This document shows positions 63,227-64,000 of a DNA stretch of 64,000 nucleotides, one piece after another. This DNA is from Mobula birostris. Taxonomy: Eukaryota. The stretch covers positions 96,867,604-96,931,603 of the forward strand of contig NC_092383.1 in NCBI RefSeq assembly GCF_030028105.1. Direction: 5' to 3'. Each line of letters opens with the position of its first letter. Position 1 is the stretch's first letter. The notes beneath the pieces were generated by a model, which was not told where the DNA came from, ran no database searches, and saw only the letters and a program-made list of their open reading frames with translations. Both the position numbers and the translations under genes were made by a program.

Positions 63227-63340
63227 ATTGCGCATGCTTACACACATGTGCGGACTCACACACGCACAGACGCACACACAAATGCGCACACGTGCACAGA
63301 CACAGACACAGAGGCACAGACACACTCACATGCAAACACT
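63130..63340. repeat. (CA)n-rich microsatellite, much longer than in the paralog (15330-15385)
   Basis: Direct reading of the sequence. Confidence 0.85.
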
Positions 63341-63350
63341 CACACTCTCT

Positions 63351-63613
63351 ATCACCTATCACCTGTCCAGCTCCTGGCTCCATCCCTCCCCCTCCTGTCT
63401 ACTCCTATCATTTTGGATCTCCCCCTCCCCCTCCAACTTTCAAATCCCTTACTCACTCTTCCTTCAGTTAGTCCTGACGAAGGGTCTCAGCCTGAAACGT
63501 CGACTGCACCTCTTCCTAGAGATGGTGCCTGGCCTGCTGCGTTCACCAGCAACTTTTATGTGTGTTGCTTGAATTTCCAGCATCTGCAGAATTCCTGTTG
63601 TTTGTGTTTTTAA
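63351..63613 (+). mobile_element. 263-bp 5'-truncated Penelope-like insertion with 13-bp TSD
   Basis: Matches 26605-26855; actcacactctct at 63338-63350 and 63614-63626; absent from gene A at ~15385. Confidence 0.82.
63470..63505 (+). ncRNA. Minimal type I hammerhead ribozyme (Penelope type)
   Basis: Stem I AGUC/GACU, core CUGACGA, stem II AGG/CCU, GAAAC-GUC with palindromic ACGU; predicted cleavage after 63501. Confidence 0.78.
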
Positions 63614-64000
63614 ACTCACACTCTCTGCTCTGTTGTTCCATTGTGTGATCTGGGTTCACAAACACTTTGCCGAGCTCGTGTCAACATGACGAGCAGGAGC
63701 AGGAAGCAGACGTGCTACCATTGAACCAGACAACATGTTCAAATGATCTTGCTGAAACATTTTCTTGCTATTTTCCTTGATCTCCTTAATATCTAGAAAT
63801 CTATCAATGAAAGAAGAATTTCCAGATCACCGGAGAATCCCAGTGATTTACCACAGTATGCCGGCTGGCTTCGTAATGGCCTGGTATGGGAACACTATGT
63901 ATTTGAATGGAAAATCCTACAAAATGTACTGAATATGGTCCAGTACATCATGGATAAAACCTTCCCAGCCACTGAAAGCAGCTACATGAAACATTGCCAT

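Larger units (their letters stand above)
42530..64000. repeat. Segmental tandem duplication, paralogous to ~410-15800
   Basis: Collinear exon and intron matches at roughly 90% identity (e.g. 414/42534, 12330/54826, 15400/63630), differing mainly by TE insertions. Confidence 0.92.

Noticed and set aside
1-64000. tRNA, rRNA, CRISPR arrays or prokaryotic systems
   Set aside because: None seen; the tandem arrays lack unique spacers and the context is vertebrate.

Overview
Vertebrate genomic DNA, probably from a cartilaginous fish (inferred from the HE1/V-SINE-like, esterase-CR1, Rex/L2 and Penelope repeat content). The window holds a tandemly duplicated cluster of CD2/SLAM-family Ig receptor genes on the minus strand. 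Gene A is complete at 224-18944: leader, IgV, IgC2, TM, cytoplasmic exon 1 and terminal exon; all splice phases are consistent and give 393 aa. Gene B spans 42590 to beyond 64000, with its leader outside the window. A decayed third copy (C2 pseudo-exon) lies near 29.6-31.3 kb. Both genes have basic residues in the TM plus an ITIM, and both use a GC splice donor after the TM exon. Gene A keeps an ITSM and its terminal exon reads in frame into a Penelope GIY-YIG fragment, while gene B lost the ITSM by frameshift. Most of the remaining sequence is transposon-derived: three long CR1 copies, L1 and Rex/L2 fragments, three LTR-bounded internally deleted Gypsy elements, solo LTRs, a mariner MITE, and Penelope fragments carrying minimal hammerhead ribozymes (one with an intact core at 63470-63505). 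All alignments and counts were done by hand; no database searches were run.
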